Shown piece after piece: positions 28,501-41,450 of a stretch of 64,000 nt of DNA (position 1 is its first letter; each line of letters starts with the position of its first letter). The stretch is taken from assembly GCF_009914755.1 (NCBI RefSeq), contig NC_060927.1; one strand, 5' to 3'. Below the pieces are notes generated by a model. It saw only the letters and a list, made by a program, of their open reading frames with translations. It was not told where the DNA came from and ran no database searches. Position numbers and translations under genes: made by a program. The stretch is from the human T2T-CHM13v2.0 reference genome, Homo sapiens.

Positions 28501-28828
28501 ATAAAAGAAAAACTTAAAAGAGAGCAAGTAAGAAACAAGAATACAGTTAAATACTTAGAAAGGCATCTTTGAAAAAAAGGAAAATTAAATATTGTTTTGA
28601 AAACCTGGTTTAAGTTTAGATGGATAGAAAAAAATAAAGGAAAAAAAGATAAAATAGCTCTTATATGTAAAATCTCATAAAAGCTCTTATACATGACAAA
28701 TTGTCAAAATAAAATGAGAGACTACAGTCTGGTATGATAATATTTATGGGCAACATAATAGACTGAGATATGTATCCAATATATAAACAGTTTACTTTTA
28801 TTTCTTGTTTGGAATATATTTCATTCTT

Positions 28829-29197
<369 letters not shown>

Positions 29198-29209
29198 TGA
29201 ATTAATTAA

Positions 29210-29547
<338 letters not shown>

Positions 29548-30733
29548 CAATCCCTTGCCTTTTAGTATCTAGTGTTACTGATGAAAAGTCTGATTTTTGT
29601 TATTTTATAAGTGATCTGTTTCTTTGCTCTTGGGAATATTTTTACAGTCTTCTCTTTATCTTTCATGTTTAGAAATCTCAAAAGACTTAATGGGATTTCA
29701 TTTTATTCGTGTGTAGGGCATTTCTTTTTGGCCCTTTTAGTTTGAACACTTATATCTCCCTTAAGCTCTGGGAAGTTTTCTTATATTTCTTTGATAATTT
29801 TCTTGTCTCTTTTGTCTCTCTTTCTTTGGAATACTTTATTAGATGTTGGTTGTTCTGAGTTGTTCACTCGTAATTTTTATATTTTTTCTTGACTTTCTGT
29901 TCTTTCTGAGATTGCCTAGATATTAATTTTAAAACTTGAAAAAAAATTTTTTTTCCTTCCTCCGCCCTTAAAACTTTTGAAAAAAATTTAACAATCAAGT
30001 TTTTAATTTTTAGGAGCTTTGTCTTATTAATTTAAAAAATCCTTTTCTTTTATGGATGTACTGTCTTTGAATCTCTTTAAGGAATGCTAATTGTGATATT
30101 TGGAATATAATCTTTTATGACTGGAATTGTCTTTATTTATTTTGGGCTTAGTTTTTCAGTTCGCATTGCTCTTCCTTTATTTTGCTGCAGGCTTTTTTCA
30201 CAACCTGGTTATTTTGGATTTTCCATATGTTTAATAAAGTAGGTTAGAGTAGCTGGTGTTTATGTCTGCTTTAGTTTAGAATGAGGAGACTAGAACTGGT
30301 TTGGAAGCAAGTTGAAAACTGGCCTTTATTACCTAGGAGGCCACCAAAGTACTGTAACAAGGAGGGCTTTACTTTATGGTACAACTCTGTGGCACAAACA
30401 TACAAATGTAGTGTTGTTCTGATTCTCCTAGATTGGTTTGTTCAGTGTTTTTTGTAAGGAGCCTTATTTTGCCTAGTGGTCAATGCCTTGCACATTATGC
30501 AAGATCTTGAATTCCAAACTGATTGAATTCTGTGAGTAATAGGGAGCTATTGTAGATTCTTTTTTAAAAGTTATTTTTCAATTGTGATACAATATACACA
30601 ATATGCCTTCTTAACCATTTTAAGTGTACACTTCAGTGGTATTAAGTACATTTACATTATTGTGCAAACATCATCTCGAGAACTCTTTTTCATCTTACAA
30701 AACAAACTCTGCCCAGTAAATGATAACTTCACA

Positions 30734-31027
30734 GACTGGGGGCGGTGGCTTATGCCTGTAATCCCAGCATTTTGGGAGGCCGAGGTGGGAGGATTGCTTG
30801 AACCAACGAGTTCAAGACCAGCCTAGGCAACATAGTGAGTCCCTGTCTCTACAAAAGATACAAAAATTAGCCGGGTATGGTGGCCTGTGCCTGTAGTCCC
30901 AGCTACTCAGGAGGCTGAGGCAGGAGGATTGATTGAGTCCAAGAGGTAGAGGCTGCAATGGGTGTGATTGCACTAGTGCACTCCAGCCTGGGTGAGAGAA
31001 TGAGACCCTGTCTCAAAAGAAAAAAAA
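30734..31027 (+). mobile_element. Alu (AluJ-type)
   Basis: Full dimer. Confidence 0.93.
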
Positions 31028-31739
31028 CAATTATAATGTCCCATTCTTCCCTCCCCCCTCAACCCTTGGCAACTAGCATTCTTTCAGTCTCTGAATTAAA
31101 CTGTAGGTACCTCATACAAGTAGAGTCGTAGACTGCATTTAAAAAAAATTTCACAACATGAAATTTATTATCTTAATCATTTTTAAGTATACAGTTCACT
31201 AGTGTTGGGTGTATTTCATATTGTTGTAAAATACATCTCCAGAACTTTTTCATCTAGCAAATCTGAAATATTGTACTAATTGAACAACAATCCCCCTCCC
31301 CCTACCACCATCCCTGATAACCATCATTCTGATTTCTGTCTCTATGAATTTGATTACTCTAGGTAACTCATATAAGTGGAATCATACAATATTTGTCTTT
31401 TTGTGACTGACATTTCATTTAGCTTAATGTCCTCAAGATTCATCCGTGTTATAGCATATGATTTCCTTCTTGTTCAAGGCTCACTAATATTCCATTGTAT
31501 GTATATACCACATTTTGTTTATATATTCATCAGATCACAGACACTTGGGTTGCTTTCATGTTTGGCTTTGTGAATAATGCTGCTATGAACATGGGCATAC
31601 GTATATCTCTTTGAGACTCTGCTTTCATTTTTTTGGGGGTGTATACTCAAAAGTGGAATTGCTGGATAAAATAGCAATTCTATTTTTAATATTTTGAGGA
31701 CCTGCCATATTGTTTTCCACAGCAGTTGTACTTTTTCTA

Positions 31740-32042
31740 ATTTTTATTTTTTATTTTGAGACAGGGTCTTGCTCTGACGCTCAGGGTGAAGTGTAGTGGC
31801 ATGATCATAGCTCACTGCAGCCTTGAACTCCTGGGCCCTAGTGGTCCTCCCGCCTCCGAGTAGCTAGGACTATAGACATGCACCACCATACCTGGCTGTT
31901 TAAAAACAATTTTTTTTTTTTTTGTTGAGATGGGGTCTTGCTGTGTTGCTCAGGCTGACCTCAAACTCTTGGCTTCAAGAGATCCTCCTGCCTCAGCCTA
32001 CTAAAGTGCTGAGATTACAGGAGTGAGCCACCATGCCCAACC
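31740..32042 (-). mobile_element. Alu (AluJ-type)
   Basis: Diverged reverse dimer. Confidence 0.9.
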
Positions 32043-32687
32043 ACGAGTTTGCGTTCCTGCCAACAGTACAGGAAAGTTCCAGTTTGTCTATATCTTCATC
32101 AATGCTTATTTTCTGTTTGTTTTTTAATAGGAGCTATCCTAAGTGGATGTGAGGTGTGTAGATTTTTTTTTTTTAATCAGAGTTGGGTTTTAGCCCAGCT
32201 AACCTGCTAGCCCTTTGAGAAATGTATTTGCATGAGGGAGTAAAGCATAAGGCCAGCTAGGAGGTAATTGCATTGACTTAGATTTGTGGTAATGAGGAAT
32301 TGGTTTGATTGTGGTGGGACAATGTGATTTTGAGAGGTGACAGAAAAATGGAAATAATTTATTCAAATTTAAGAAACTGAGAGAAATGACATGAAAATGA
32401 CTTTTACATTTGAATTTGATTGTAATAGAAATGTGGAAGTAAAGGGAAGGAGAGAAAGAATAACTTACTGTTCTTCAGCGTTTTGGGTGATGGGAATATT
32501 GTTGTGGAAATAAATGCCTGTAAGGGCAGCTTGAAATATGGGAGCATATGACAGCAAGAAAACAGGTCTGGAAACTTGTTTTTGTGAGAGTCAGCGGGAT
32601 GAGAGAGGTCATAGTATTTCTCTTTGAAACATTTGTTTTCTTTAGAAAAAATAATCTGATGAATTTTTCCTTCTCAATTTTTTACAG

Positions 32688-32815
32688 CTCTTGCAAGCTT
32701 AGGATATGAAAAGAGCTGTGTGTTGTTCAATTGTGCAGCCTTAGCTAGCCAAATTGCAGCAGAACAGAACCTGGATAATGATGAAGGATTGAAAATCGCT
32801 GCTAAACATTACCAG
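32688..32815 (+). CDS. PDCD6IP: PDCD6IP exon 4
   Basis: tttacag|CT; LASLGYEKSCVLFNCAALASQIAAEQNLDNDEGLKIAAKHYQ; donor CAG|GTATGC. Confidence 0.97.
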
Positions 32816-33376
32816 GTATGCTGAAAAGTAGTTACTACAATAATGGTCAACACTAAATTGGATTAAGTGGAAAATAATTTGCATTTAGGTTTATAGATAC
32901 TTCTTACGCAACAGATGTTTTCTAAAACGAATGCACTTTTAAAATGAATTTATTCTTACTGTTAAAGCCCTTAGATAAACTGTCTATAGACCAGGTCTGT
33001 TATTCCTCATTGTTTTATACCGAGCACCTAGCACAGTGCCTGGCACATAATAGAGGCTCAATAATTGTTGGTTGAAGAAATTATGAAATGTCTGAGATTT
33101 CATCTCAGGCATTTAGGGTAAATCCATTTTAAATAAATTACCTAATTAAAAAAAATTTGTACATTATTTTCATATGTTTTCTTAGAGTGAGACACACTTG
33201 AAATTTCACTGTTGTTACAAAAATAAAGACAAGAAATTGGCAAGAAAATAAAATTTTAACTTTGAGACTTGTGGAGAGGTCATATTTAAATATGGTCAGA
33301 CACATAATGTTCATAAGTTGCCTAATCTGTTTTACGTACTGATCATTTACTAATATGGCATGTTATTTTGTGGCAG

Positions 33377-33689
33377 TTTATTTTATTTTATTTATTTATT
33401 TATTTTGAGACGGAGTCTTGTTCTGTTGCCCAGGCTGGAGTGCAGTGGCACAATCTCGGCTCACTGCAAGCTCCGCCTCCTGGGTTCACGCCATTCTCCT
33501 GTCTCAGCCTCCTGAATAGCTAGGACTATAGGCATCCGCCACCTCGCCTGGCTAATTTTTTTTGTATTTTTAGTAGAGATGGGGTTTCACTGTGTTAGCC
33601 AGGATGGTCTTGATCTCCTGACATCATGATCCACCCACCTCGGCCTCCCAAAGTGCTGGGATTACAGATGTGAGCCACCATGCCCGGCC
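33377..33689 (-). mobile_element. Alu (AluY-type) with (TTTA)n tail
   Basis: Reverse dimer with diagnostic gcaagctccgcctcc and gttagccaggatggtc. Confidence 0.95.
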
Positions 33690-34233
33690 AGCAGTTGTTT
33701 ATTATTTATTCAGCTTTTTTTTGTTTTGGTTAAAAGAACAGTAAATGATTACTGTTAAATAATATATATATAATCATGTTGTCATTTTATATTACTTTCT
33801 AATTTACAAAGTGTTTTCATGTACATTATTTGACTCTCAGATAAACCTTGTGATGTATGTCATATAATGTCATTCCGATTTTACATACGAGGAGGCTAAA
33901 GGTCCGAAGTCTTAATAAAGCAGTCTATTTGGGTTTCAATAGTTCTGATTCCAAATTTCATGTAATTCCAAATGTCCTTCCACTGTTTCACCCCCAAACC
34001 TCCCATGAAATTTGCTTGTCTCAGAGGTAGTCTGCTTTTTCCCGTTGTTTATGTTTAGGGAAGAGGTGAGTGATGCTGTTCTGAGAAAGTAAAAGGAAAA
34101 TATACCGTAAGCAAACAACACGCTCCAAATTGTGGCTTGCCTTACAGTTTTGAATGGGCATAGATGACAAACATAATGCATACGCTATTTCTTTTTGAGG
34201 CTATACATGGCAAATATTTTAAAATGTGAAAAC

Positions 34234-34533
<300 letters not shown>

Positions 34534-34988
34534 TACAGTAGTGAAAACGAAGTAAAATTTTATTTAGCTTTTGGTTAACTGTAACTCAGTTAGTTAGTAT
34601 ATGAGATTTTAGAAAGGTCATTCTGAATTATGAAAGAAACATTCCATTCTGTGAGGGTTCACAGCAGGGCACCTGGTATCATGGAAAGATAACTGGTGGT
34701 ATTAGACCTAGGTCCTTGTCTAGGCTGCTTGCCACCCAGAAGCTTTGTGCCGTTGGGCAAGTTCTTTAACCTCTCTAGTACCTCCAGTTCCTTATCTGTA
34801 AATGAGAGACTCAGACACTTTGCTGTTGTAGACTTTGATTCACTAGTTTACTGAACAAGTTCAGTTGTTCATTCCTAGCAGATACTCTAGTGTTATAATA
34901 CTTACTGACTGCAGAAACATGCTGTTCATTTTAATACATTTGACTTTGAGTTTTCTCTGTGTTGTCTATTTATCTAACTCATGACACC

Positions 34989-35291
34989 TTTTTTTTTTTT
35001 TCTTTTTTGAGATGGAGTCTCGCTCTGTTGCCCAGGCAGGAGTACAATGGCGTGATCTTGGCTCACTGCAACCTCCGCCTCCTGGGTTCAAGTGATTCTC
35101 CTGCCTCAGCCTCCCGAGCAGCTGGGATTACAAGTGTGTGCCATCATGCCCAGCTAATTTTTGTATTTTTAGTAGAGACGGGGTTTCATCATGTTGGCCA
35201 GGCTGGTCTTGAACTCCTGACCTCAGGTAATCTGCCCACCTCAGCCTCCCAAAGTGCCGGGATTAACAGGCGTGAGCCACCGCACCCGGCC
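34989..35291 (-). mobile_element. Alu (AluS-type)
   Basis: Reverse dimer; flanking repeat aactcatgacacctttt. Confidence 0.95.
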
Positions 35292-35919
35292 AACTCATGA
35301 CACCTTTTAATCCCAGACTGATTTATTTCTTTTTCTTAGTATAATTTGTTTCATGAAAGCAAAGTTATTTTAGTATTAACAAAATATAATTGAGATGAAA
35401 AATCTGATGGGGAACATTTCACTAGTGAGCTCTGAAGGCCAGACAGAAATCACTGGCAATGGGTAGTAATGCTGTTCCTCAGAGGACTAGGTGTATGTAC
35501 TACCTGGGGTGTCCCCTAACTACGGCATGTTTAATTATTTGAAAGATGAATTTGTTTGGGACCAAAGCAAGAGCATTGCAGTACTAAAAATATTTTAATG
35601 TTTATCCCCGCCTCTATTCTCATGTTAATTTTGAGGAAGTATATCTAAAAATAGTTTAATCAGATTGTTCCATTAGTTTACTTTGTTTTTCCTTGTAATT
35701 TACTTTTAATCTTTGTTAAATCTCTTGTTACGCTATAGAGTTTTAGAAAGATAACCTTATTGTCTGTAGGTCAGATGTTTTAGATTGGTTTTGCATAATA
35801 TAAAAATTTAAATATATTAACTGTTCACTGAGTTAACATTTGAAATGACTTTTATATGTAACAGTAGGAAATTAAGTCTTGCTGAGTTCCTATAAAGAAA
35901 TTCTTTTTCCCCCCTTTAG

Positions 35920-36073
35920 TTTGCTAGTGGTGCCTTTTTACATATTAAAGAGACGGTTTTATCTGCCTTAAGTCGAGAGCCGACCGTGGACATATCTCCA
36001 GATACTGTTGGGACCCTCAGTCTTATTATGCTGGCACAGGCTCAAGAAGTATTTTTTTTAAAAGCCACAAGAG
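35920..36073 (+). CDS. PDCD6IP: PDCD6IP exon 5
   Basis: cctttag|TTT; FASGAFLHIKETVLSALSREPTVDISPDTVGTLSLIMLAQAQEVFFLKATR; donor GAG|GTAACT. Confidence 0.97.
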
Positions 36074-37212
36074 GTAACTCCAATTTATCTTTTTGTTGCA
36101 TGTGAAAAAAAGTGATAAGGCTTTTAAATTAAGAAAGTGATTAGAATATAATATGTTCAATGTCGAGCTGTCCTTCTTGAACTTGATACATGAATTATGG
36201 AAAATTTTCAGCTATCCTTTTCTGAATTTGTGGCACAAATTTACATTTAAGAATGTAGGCTGTGTTTGAAGTCATGAAATAGATCTTTAGTAATTGTCTT
36301 TAAACACTCCATTCTGGAATAGTATTTATGTATGTTTTTAACATGTCAGACATTTATTCGCAAATATTTATTGGATACTTACTCTGTGCCAGTCACTGTT
36401 CTAGTTTCTAGATAAACGGAGTTAGAAAACAACTTAGGTTTTGGCGACGGGAGAGATGATAAGCAAGAATTAAGTAGACAGGATAATTTCATAAATAATT
36501 GCTATAAGATTTCAGAAATAATTGCTATAAAAAATAAGAGAATTATATGATAGTGGCTGGTGGTATGGTTATGGGATAGGGATATAGGGGAAGCTGGGCT
36601 AATTTTAGATTCATTAGTCAAGAAGGCTTTCTTTCAGGAGGTCCTCTTTAAAGTAGACCTAAATGACAAGAAGGAGTCATCCAGGCACAGTCCCTAGCCC
36701 TGGGAATGAGGGAATAAGAATAATTCTTATAAGGCATATAAGTTAGCATGAGAGATTGAAAATGGGCTGAATATGTAATATGGGCTGAAACTGAAAATAA
36801 GAGATAAGTCATCATGTGGAAGAAATAGGAATTGGAATACTTTTTTCTTTTAAAATAACAGCTTATATTGAGATAGAATTTATATACACTCAAGTTCACC
36901 CTTTCTAAGTATACAACATAAGATTTTTAGTATATTCATAGAGTTTTGATTACCACTATCTTATTTTAGAACATTACCATCATCCCAGAAAGAAGCCATG
37001 TACCCATTAGCAGTCACTCCTCACTCCCCTTTCCCCCACTGCTGGCAACCACTAATCTATTTTGTCTGTTCTAAATTTTGTGCAGAAAATGTGATTTCAT
37101 CAAGAAAGATGTTTTCAGATGCGTGTACAAACTTGTGACCTCAGTGTTTATACTGAGACATGTCAGATTAGCTCATATTTATTTTAATTATAATGGTCAT
37201 ATTGTATTCCAG

Positions 37213-37313
37213 ATAAAATGAAAGATGCCATCATAGCTAAATTGGCTAATCAGGCTGCAGATTATTTTGGTGATGCTTTCAAACAGTGTCAATACAAAGA
37301 TACTCTCCCCAAG
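37213..37313 (+). CDS. PDCD6IP: PDCD6IP exon 6
   Basis: ttccag|AT; DKMKDAIIAKLANQAADYFGDAFKQCQYKDTLPK; donor AAG|GTCAGT. Confidence 0.97.
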
Positions 37314-37412
37314 GTCAGTTATTGTTTTTATAAACACTTGCTTACTTTGCATGTGAAATATTTAGACTTTTTTGTGTATAAGAAGCAAGTTGAAACTTAT
37401 AAAGAAATTTGA
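37314..37412 (+). CDS. PDCD6IP: Read-through extension of exon 6 into intron 6, giving a short 271-aa isoform C-terminus VSYCFYKHLLTLHVKYLDFFVYKKQVETYKEI*
   Basis: Frame stays open 32 codons past the donor (ORF track 37218..37412), with AATAAA downstream at 37975 and 38583. I recall an annotated short ALIX isoform of this kind but cannot verify it here. Confidence 0.6.
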   Translation, partial: VSYCFYKHLLTLHVKYLDFFVYKKQVETYKEI

Positions 37413-39585
37413 AGTTTTAATAGAGTTATCTGAAGTATATAGTAGAAATAGTTTTTTTTTTTTTTTAATTTAAGATGCATGAACAATTCTTTTATGTTTA
37501 GGGGATGCCTTTGTCTTTACCTTTTACTAAACTTGTTTTTCCAAGCTAGAACTCTTTCTGGAAAATGTTGACCATCTGTTTTCAATACTTTTATCAAATC
37601 AAGGCATTGTGTAGTTCTGAATCATTGGTGATTTGGTACAAGCATGTATACTTGAGCATGTTGATGATTCACACTTTTAATTATTGTCCTGTTTTCTTAA
37701 AGATGAGCCTTAAAGCGCAAAAACAGACATAAAGAAAAAAGGAAAAGAAAACTTAACAAATTCATCTGATACTTTGATTAGAATTCAGTTTTGCCAACAG
37801 GGATAAAAAATTGGGCTGCTAATGGACAGCTAAGGAAAGCAACCATCTTAAACCACATATCACAGGAAGTATAATGTTTTAATGTAAACCTTTCTGAAGT
37901 GACAATTGTAAAGACTATTCAGTGATGATCATTTGTTAATGACAAAGCAAATCACTAGTAAATTTGGAATGATTAATAAAGAAAACTTAAAGATTGAGTG
38001 AAATATATGTTTCAACTACTTCCTTCAGAAATGTTCAAGGAATTAGTTTCATCATATGGTATCTGTTACATGATTTTTTTTGGTAGGGGAATTTATTGAT
38101 TTGTAAGTCATATTCAGGAATCTTTGTACATTAAAAAATTGCAGACAACTTGGGGGTGAAGTAAAAATGCACATAAGTGCATTAACAGTACTTATTACTC
38201 AGAAAATGATCAATAAGGAATTAATGTGACGATTCCTGGGGATTTAAGATACACCAAGAGCCTAGTAGAAATTTGCCCAGGATTCTTGGGTATTAACAGC
38301 CTTCCTCTTAAAAAGAGACTTGGGATCTCCTCTCATGTTTTTTTCATCTGAAAGACCTCATGTTCAGCTGCACAGTGTTCCGTTACATCCTGTTGGGCCA
38401 TTAGTTCAGTCCTGTCATGGAGAGAAGAAAGTCACCTACAAAGACTTGGAAGCTACCTCTGCAGCATTCCTGGTATTCCTTGAAAATCTCCTGTTTCAGA
38501 ACCAAGTTGCTCCAGCCTTACCTTGAGAACTGGCATGAGTGTAGTTTGAAATTTAGATGTCTTTTATTTTTTCCTTTTTACTAATAAAGCTCATAAGGTA
38601 TTTTCATATTCTAGTTATAAAACTGAAAAGTCTGCAAGTAGTGATCCAGGAAGGTAGGAAATTATTCCCTGGGAGACAGGAAAGCACACAAGGTAGTAAT
38701 TCAGTTTTTGATTCTCTTACATTTTTTGTTTAGATAGTGATTGTCTAGCCTAATTCCTTGGATTTTTTTAATATCATATACTTCCTAAAAGCAGTGAGGT
38801 TACAGGTTAGATTTTGACGTTTTGGAAGAGCCACCACTAGTATAATTGCTTTCCTGCTTTATGTCTTTGGATCTTTTGAAATTAATTTTGACTGGAATTA
38901 TTTTCAAAACAAATAGGCAAAATAACACTTTATCATTATCATTGGTCATATACTTAGTGCATTTGTCTATGATATGTTTTTGAGTATATGACACTGAAAT
39001 ATTAGTGTATCTATGATACTAAATCATTTTTATATGGCTAAAATCATCTTCAGTAAGAACTCTCTTAGGATATGAATTTAAGTGAAAATTTACTGTCTTT
39101 TTTTTAAAACATGATGAAACAGTAATCTATAGAGCAATTTCATTAGTATATGTGAGTAATGATGGTTTAGTTAACTCTACAGGCTGGGTAAGGGCTCATA
39201 AGAAAGCTTCTAAAGCTCTGTGCTTTGTGTTCCTCTGTGAATGTCCATTCTACTTCTCTTTCTAATAATGCATGCTTTTCTTTTTGTAAACAAAATGTTG
39301 ACTTCATGGATCAATTAAAGAGAATTGTAAAAACCTAAATTGGCTTCAGTTAACAGTTAAAAAAAACCCCTTCAATTGGAAGAAAAAAAATTTAATTCAT
39401 AGATTTCAATCCACACAAAATCATGTCGTCTTCTCTGTTTACACCTAATGACTAACCTTAATCTCTAAACCATTAATGGGGTGATTCTAATTTCTGTCTT
39501 CTTTTCCTTTTTCTTCCTGCATCCCATGTTGTCTGTGGTGGTTTGTGTGGTTGGACTCTCCCCTGGTCAGTATTTTTATTTCCAG

Positions 39586-39702
39586 GAGGTGTTCCCTGTC
39601 TTGGCTGCAAAGCACTGTATCATGCAGGCCAATGCTGAGTACCATCAGTCTATCCTGGCAAAACAGCAGAAGAAATTTGGAGAAGAAATTGCAAGGTTAC
39701 AG
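39586..39702 (+). CDS. PDCD6IP: PDCD6IP exon 7 (alternative acceptor at 39571 adds YFYFQ)
   Basis: ttccag|GAG; EVFPVLAAKHCIMQANAEYHQSILAKQQKKFGEEIARLQ; donor CAG|GTGAGT; upstream tcag|TATTTTTATTTCCAG adds 15 nt in frame. Confidence 0.97.
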
Positions 39703-39826
39703 GTGAGTCTCTTGGTAATAAATATTTAAGTAACTAACTTGGATCTCTCTTTTTTTTCCTAGTGAGATTTCCAAGTTTGCCCATAAAAACCTTTCCCGTT
39801 CATCACCCCTATCAGCAGGGACAAGT

Positions 39827-40121
39827 GATTGTTTTTATCTTTAGACTTTACTGCATGTTTTTTTGAGGTCTCATATTTTATCTAAAAAATAGATGCAAAA
39901 TTTGCATTCAATTCTCTTTTTTATCCATGTTTATTTTAATGTAAAAATAATTCTAAATTAATTGCCATCTCCAGATTGTTTTTGTCTTTAGACTTTACTG
40001 CATGGTTTTTTGAGGTCTCATATTTTATCTGAAAAATTCATGCAGAATTTGCATTCAGTTCTCTTTTTTGGTCATGTTTATTTTAGTGTAAAAATAATTC
40101 TAAATTAATTGCCATGCTCCA
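39827..40121. repeat. Tandem duplication, 2 x about 147 bp, in intron 7
   Basis: gattgttttt(a/g)tctttagactttactgcatg...taattgccat(g)ctcca starts at 39827 and 39974. Confidence 0.95.
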
Positions 40122-40478
40122 GGAGTATGTGTAGTGTTTAACTTGTGGCCTGGTCTTTGTCTAAACTGGGGCATATACTTCCACAACTTGAGGACGACAG
40201 TGGAGAGATGTGTGTGCATATATATATATATACACACATATATCTCTTGTGAACAGCAGAGTACCTTCTATGCAGTTGTGTTCATACTGTTGGCATTGGG
40301 GTTGTCAGAAACTTGCTGTGACATTATGGCACCTGAGGCAACTTGCCAGCAGGAGCAAGAGCTGTTTGTATGAGTTGTTTGTGTTTTGAGTATTGGTAGA
40401 CAGAGGATAGAAAGATGACTTATGGCATTTGAGTTAGGGAAGTTTAAATATGTACTGATTTTTAGAAGATACTATGGA

Positions 40479-40857
40479 TGTCTTGGTTCATTTTGTGCTG
40501 TTATAGCAGAATACCACAGACTGGGTAATTGATAAAGAACAGAAATTTGTCACAATTCTGAAGGCTGAGAAGTCGAATATCAAGGTGCTGGCATCTGGTG
40601 AGGGCCTTTGTGTTGTGTTACCTGTGGTGAAAGGTAGAAAGGCAAGAGAGTGCTAGTGAGTGAGAGAGAGCAAGAGGGAGCCAAACTGCTCAATGAAGCC
40701 CCTCTCTTGGTAACTAACCCTCTCCCATGATAATGACATTAATCTATTCATGAGGGCAGAGCCCTCTTGACCTAATCACCTCTTATTATGCCCCCACGTC
40801 CCAACACTTTGGGATTGGGAACACATGAACTTTGGGGGACACATTCAGACCATAACA
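40479..40857 (-). mobile_element. MaLR solo LTR (MST/MLT1A-like)
   Basis: TG...CA ends with 5-bp duplication ATGGA on both sides. Confidence 0.85.
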
Positions 40858-41326
40858 ATGGAAATGTTGTTTAGGAGGTTCAGATTAATTAATTAGCCTT
40901 TTCATGGGAAAGGATCTCACAGTGACCAAATCAGAGAAAGTCTTTTTAAAAAAGTCAGACCCAGATGTGTCTGGGGCTTCACTTTGATTACAGTAACTTA
41001 GATTTATATATAAAAATGATTCTGAACAAGGAATTTGTGGGAAGGATTCTTTTTTTAAGGCTAGCATATTTAAATTGTAAGTTTAGTTTCTTTATTTTCT
41101 GGTTTCTGGGACTATTAGATTTAAGTAAGCCCATATTTAGTCTCTATAAATCAGTCAGAGAAAGAACTCCTTTTGAAATTTAATCTCATTTTTAAGTACC
41201 CCTGAAAAAGGAAACTATTTCAGATTCACACAATGGGAGGGAGGTAAATACTTTTCCTCAGTTATAGACACATAGATTTTGCAGCTTTAGTTTTACAGCT
41301 TTAGTTATAGGTTAAAGTTAAGACAG

Positions 41327-41450
41327 AAGTTGGGTGTGATGGCACCTGCCTGTAGTCCAGCTACTTGGGAGGTTGAGGTGGGAGGATCGTTTGAAGCTAG
41401 TAGTTTGAGGCCAGCCTGGACAATATAGTGACACCCCTTCTCAAAAAAAA
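41327..41450 (+). mobile_element. Alu monomer (FLAM-like)
   Basis: Single arm with A tail. Confidence 0.8.

Larger units (their letters stand above)
30570..32160 (-). mobile_element. Two nested/adjacent L1MA/MB-type 3' ends interrupted by Alus
   Basis: L1 3' end motif (ccattttaagtgtaca...ctccagaactttttcatct) occurs at about 30610 and about 31175. Confidence 0.65.
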
